DNA of 35,812 nucleotides from a virus (taxonomy: Duplodnaviria; Caudoviricetes): IMG/VR virus record IMGVR_UViG_3300024181_000002, positions 1 to 35,812 of that record. One strand, given 5' to 3'. Made by a program: the position numbers and the translations under genes. This document shows positions 35,622 to 35,812 of the stretch, in pieces. The notes under the pieces are model-generated. The model was not told the DNA's origin, ran no database searches, and worked only from the letters and a program-made list of their open reading frames with translations. Position 1 is the stretch's first letter. Every line of letters starts with the position of its first letter.

Positions 35622-35646
35622 GAAGGGGCTTCGGCCCCTTTATTCT
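35622..35646 (+). terminator. Intrinsic terminator after capsid genes
   Basis: AAGGGGC-TTCG-GCCCCTT followed by TATTCT. Confidence 0.85.
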
Positions 35647-35685
35647 TCTACGTCTTCCAACAAGGGCGTAGAACAATAAATCCCC

Positions 35686-35812
35686 TACAGGAGAAATCTC
35701 ATGCAACTGCATCAAGCTCGTCCCCCATTCGTAGAATTTCATCAAATCGCTGTTGAGGATCGTCAGGCAACGATTGAAAGCGGTCGTCGCACTACTCGCG
35801 ATGTGAATATGG
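35686..35812. repeat. Terminal direct repeat, copy 2
   Basis: Identical to 1-127. Confidence 0.95.

Noticed and set aside
35686-35812. 127-bp terminal repeat as a biological DTR
   Set aside because: The length matches a common assembler k-mer and it cuts into a gene; it is best read as circular overlap.

Overview
The window is an apparently complete, circularly permuted ~35.7 kb podovirus-like phage genome: bases 35686-35812 repeat bases 1-127 exactly, which looks like assembly overlap. The SSB resembles betaproteobacterial (Oxalobacteraceae/Burkholderiales-like) SSBs, which suggests the host group (inference). The + strand late arm runs terS, terL, portal, scaffold, major capsid, cement, adaptor, nozzle, GNAT, three ejection proteins, tail fibre and lysis genes. 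A leftward early arm carries ERF, SSB, a TGT/DpdA-like plus QueF-like pair, HNH-AP2 and a lipoprotein. A rightward early arm carries HTH, NinB, a two-frame C5 methyltransferase, Ref/VRR-NUC nucleases and a DUF1376 replication initiator. I found no integrase, CI repressor, partition gene or spanin. The most striking observations are: (1) an unannotated 35-aa ORF, coupled to a ~4-TM membrane gene just before the lysis cassette, that shares the 11-aa motif ATGGGGQQRPP with a virion ejection protein, with only synonymous DNA differences; (2) two independent C4/CI-type antisense cloverleaf RNAs, one directly in front of the replication initiator; (3) a non-coding RNA operon with a 23S rRNA helix-62 look-alike, an aberrant tRNA-like RNA and a tRNA-Gly; (4) a minimal 7-deazaguanine DNA-modification candidate. 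All calls come from reading the sequence; no searches were run.
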